Positions 33,642-34,566 of a stretch of DNA of 34,566 nt are shown here, one piece after another (position 1 is the first letter of the stretch; each line of letters opens with the position of its first letter). The position numbers and the translations under genes were made by a program. The notes beneath the pieces were generated by a model, which saw only the letters and a program-made list of their open reading frames with translations, searched no databases and was not told where the DNA came from. The stretch lies in the IMG/VR virus record IMGVR_UViG_3300036783_000092, positions 1 through 34,566 of that record; one strand, 5' to 3'. Origin of the DNA: a virus. Lineage: Duplodnaviria > Caudoviricetes.

Positions 33642-34566
33642 GCCTGTCTGACTTGTTCCGAGCTTATTCTTTTTAAAACTGGCCTGGATTTCTTTCAGAA
33701 TGGTAAATACGGGCCGCATGTTGCCCTTGCTGTCTGCCGTCTTAACCCCCAGCTCTTTTAATGCCGCCCATGCCTTACCTGTTGGGGCCTGTAACCGGCT
33801 GACGACAGCGCTGCTCCCGGTACCGGCCATCGATCCCGTGATATTGTTATCATGAAGCACACCCGTCATGGCGGCGGCTTCTTCGAGGCTTACTCCTGCA
33901 GCTTTGGCAACTGGGGCCAGATAGGTTAAGGCGTCGCTTAATCCCTGAAAATCGGCCGCTGATTTATTCATCGTTGCTGAAAGCACATCGCCGATATGGG
34001 CTACCCGGTCATTTGAAAGCTGGAAAGCGTTTTTGGTACCGAGCAAAAGCTGGGCGTTCTCTTCCATCGTCCGCCGGTTAGCAAGCGCCATATTCAGCGT
34101 GACGGGCGTCGCCGCCTGAATCGCCGCAGCGTCTCCACCGGCTTTCGCAATGATAATCTGAGCACCGGCCGCATCATCGGCAGAGGCGGCAGTATTGTCG
34201 CCCAGCAATCGGGCCTGCTTTCGCAAAGCCGACATTTCTGCTGAGTCTTTTTCCACACCGAGCACCGCCTGTAACTCAGCGTTTTTCTGCGCAAAATCAT
34301 ATCCCGGCTTCATAAGCGCCACACCGGCCAGCGTTCCGGTCGTTACCATACCAACACCAGCGGCCCCCATTGCAGCCGCGTTTCCGGCCAGCTCTTTACC
34401 GGCCTGATATCGCTGCTTAACCGCGTTGAGCTTTACCTGTTGCGCGCTGACGCGCGCCAGTGCTTCACGCTGGCGATTGAGCTGCACCGTCGTTTCGCTG
34501 ATGCTGGTTTTTAACCGGCGCTCGTCTGCCGCCAGGGTGCGGGTATTGAGTCCCGCCTGGCTGAGC
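33638..34566 (-). pseudogene. N-terminal-side part of the interrupted P2-like tape measure gene; starts outside the window
   Basis: ORF 33633..34487 has tape-measure core motifs (ARLLGDNTAASADDAAGAQ, GITGSMAGT-like) and stops one codon into the prophage end. Confidence 0.92.

Noticed and set aside
1-34566. CRISPR array, tRNA/rRNA genes or IS elements
   Set aside because: No repeat-spacer array, cloverleaf-like gene or second transposase seen; the CGGATAAC repeats have only 5-bp spacers.

Overview
The window holds one apparently complete Mu-like (transposable, contractile-tailed) prophage of about 32.9 kb (741..33637). It is inserted into the tape-measure gene (gpT-like, minus strand) of a second, P2-like prophage, and the two T halves rejoin in frame (...KLGTSQTGE|YLKTIFGEEA...). 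Gene order is repressor (leftward), ner, transposase A, ATPase B, small early genes (DUF3164-like, MazG-like, GemA, one Mor/C activator), a membrane moron, a GH108 lysis region, then head, neck, tail and baseplate genes. There is no gin/invertible G segment and no com/mom. In their place is a dual receptor-binding module: a 251-aa mini-fibre with a lambda Stf-like tip plus an expanded Tfa chaperone, and a second protein with the same Mu-S-type anchor carrying an SGNH esterase, coupled to a probable lectin-fold partner. Non-coding signals read directly from the sequence include end-binding repeats, an abnormal right junction (TA instead of CA, 4-bp duplication), an exact 32-bp terminator-like dyad ahead of both late operons, a probable central gyrase site, an IHF consensus, 13-bp-period tandem repeats and a Mu-type -2 frameshift site. 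Family assignments come from motif recognition and synteny only; no database search was run.
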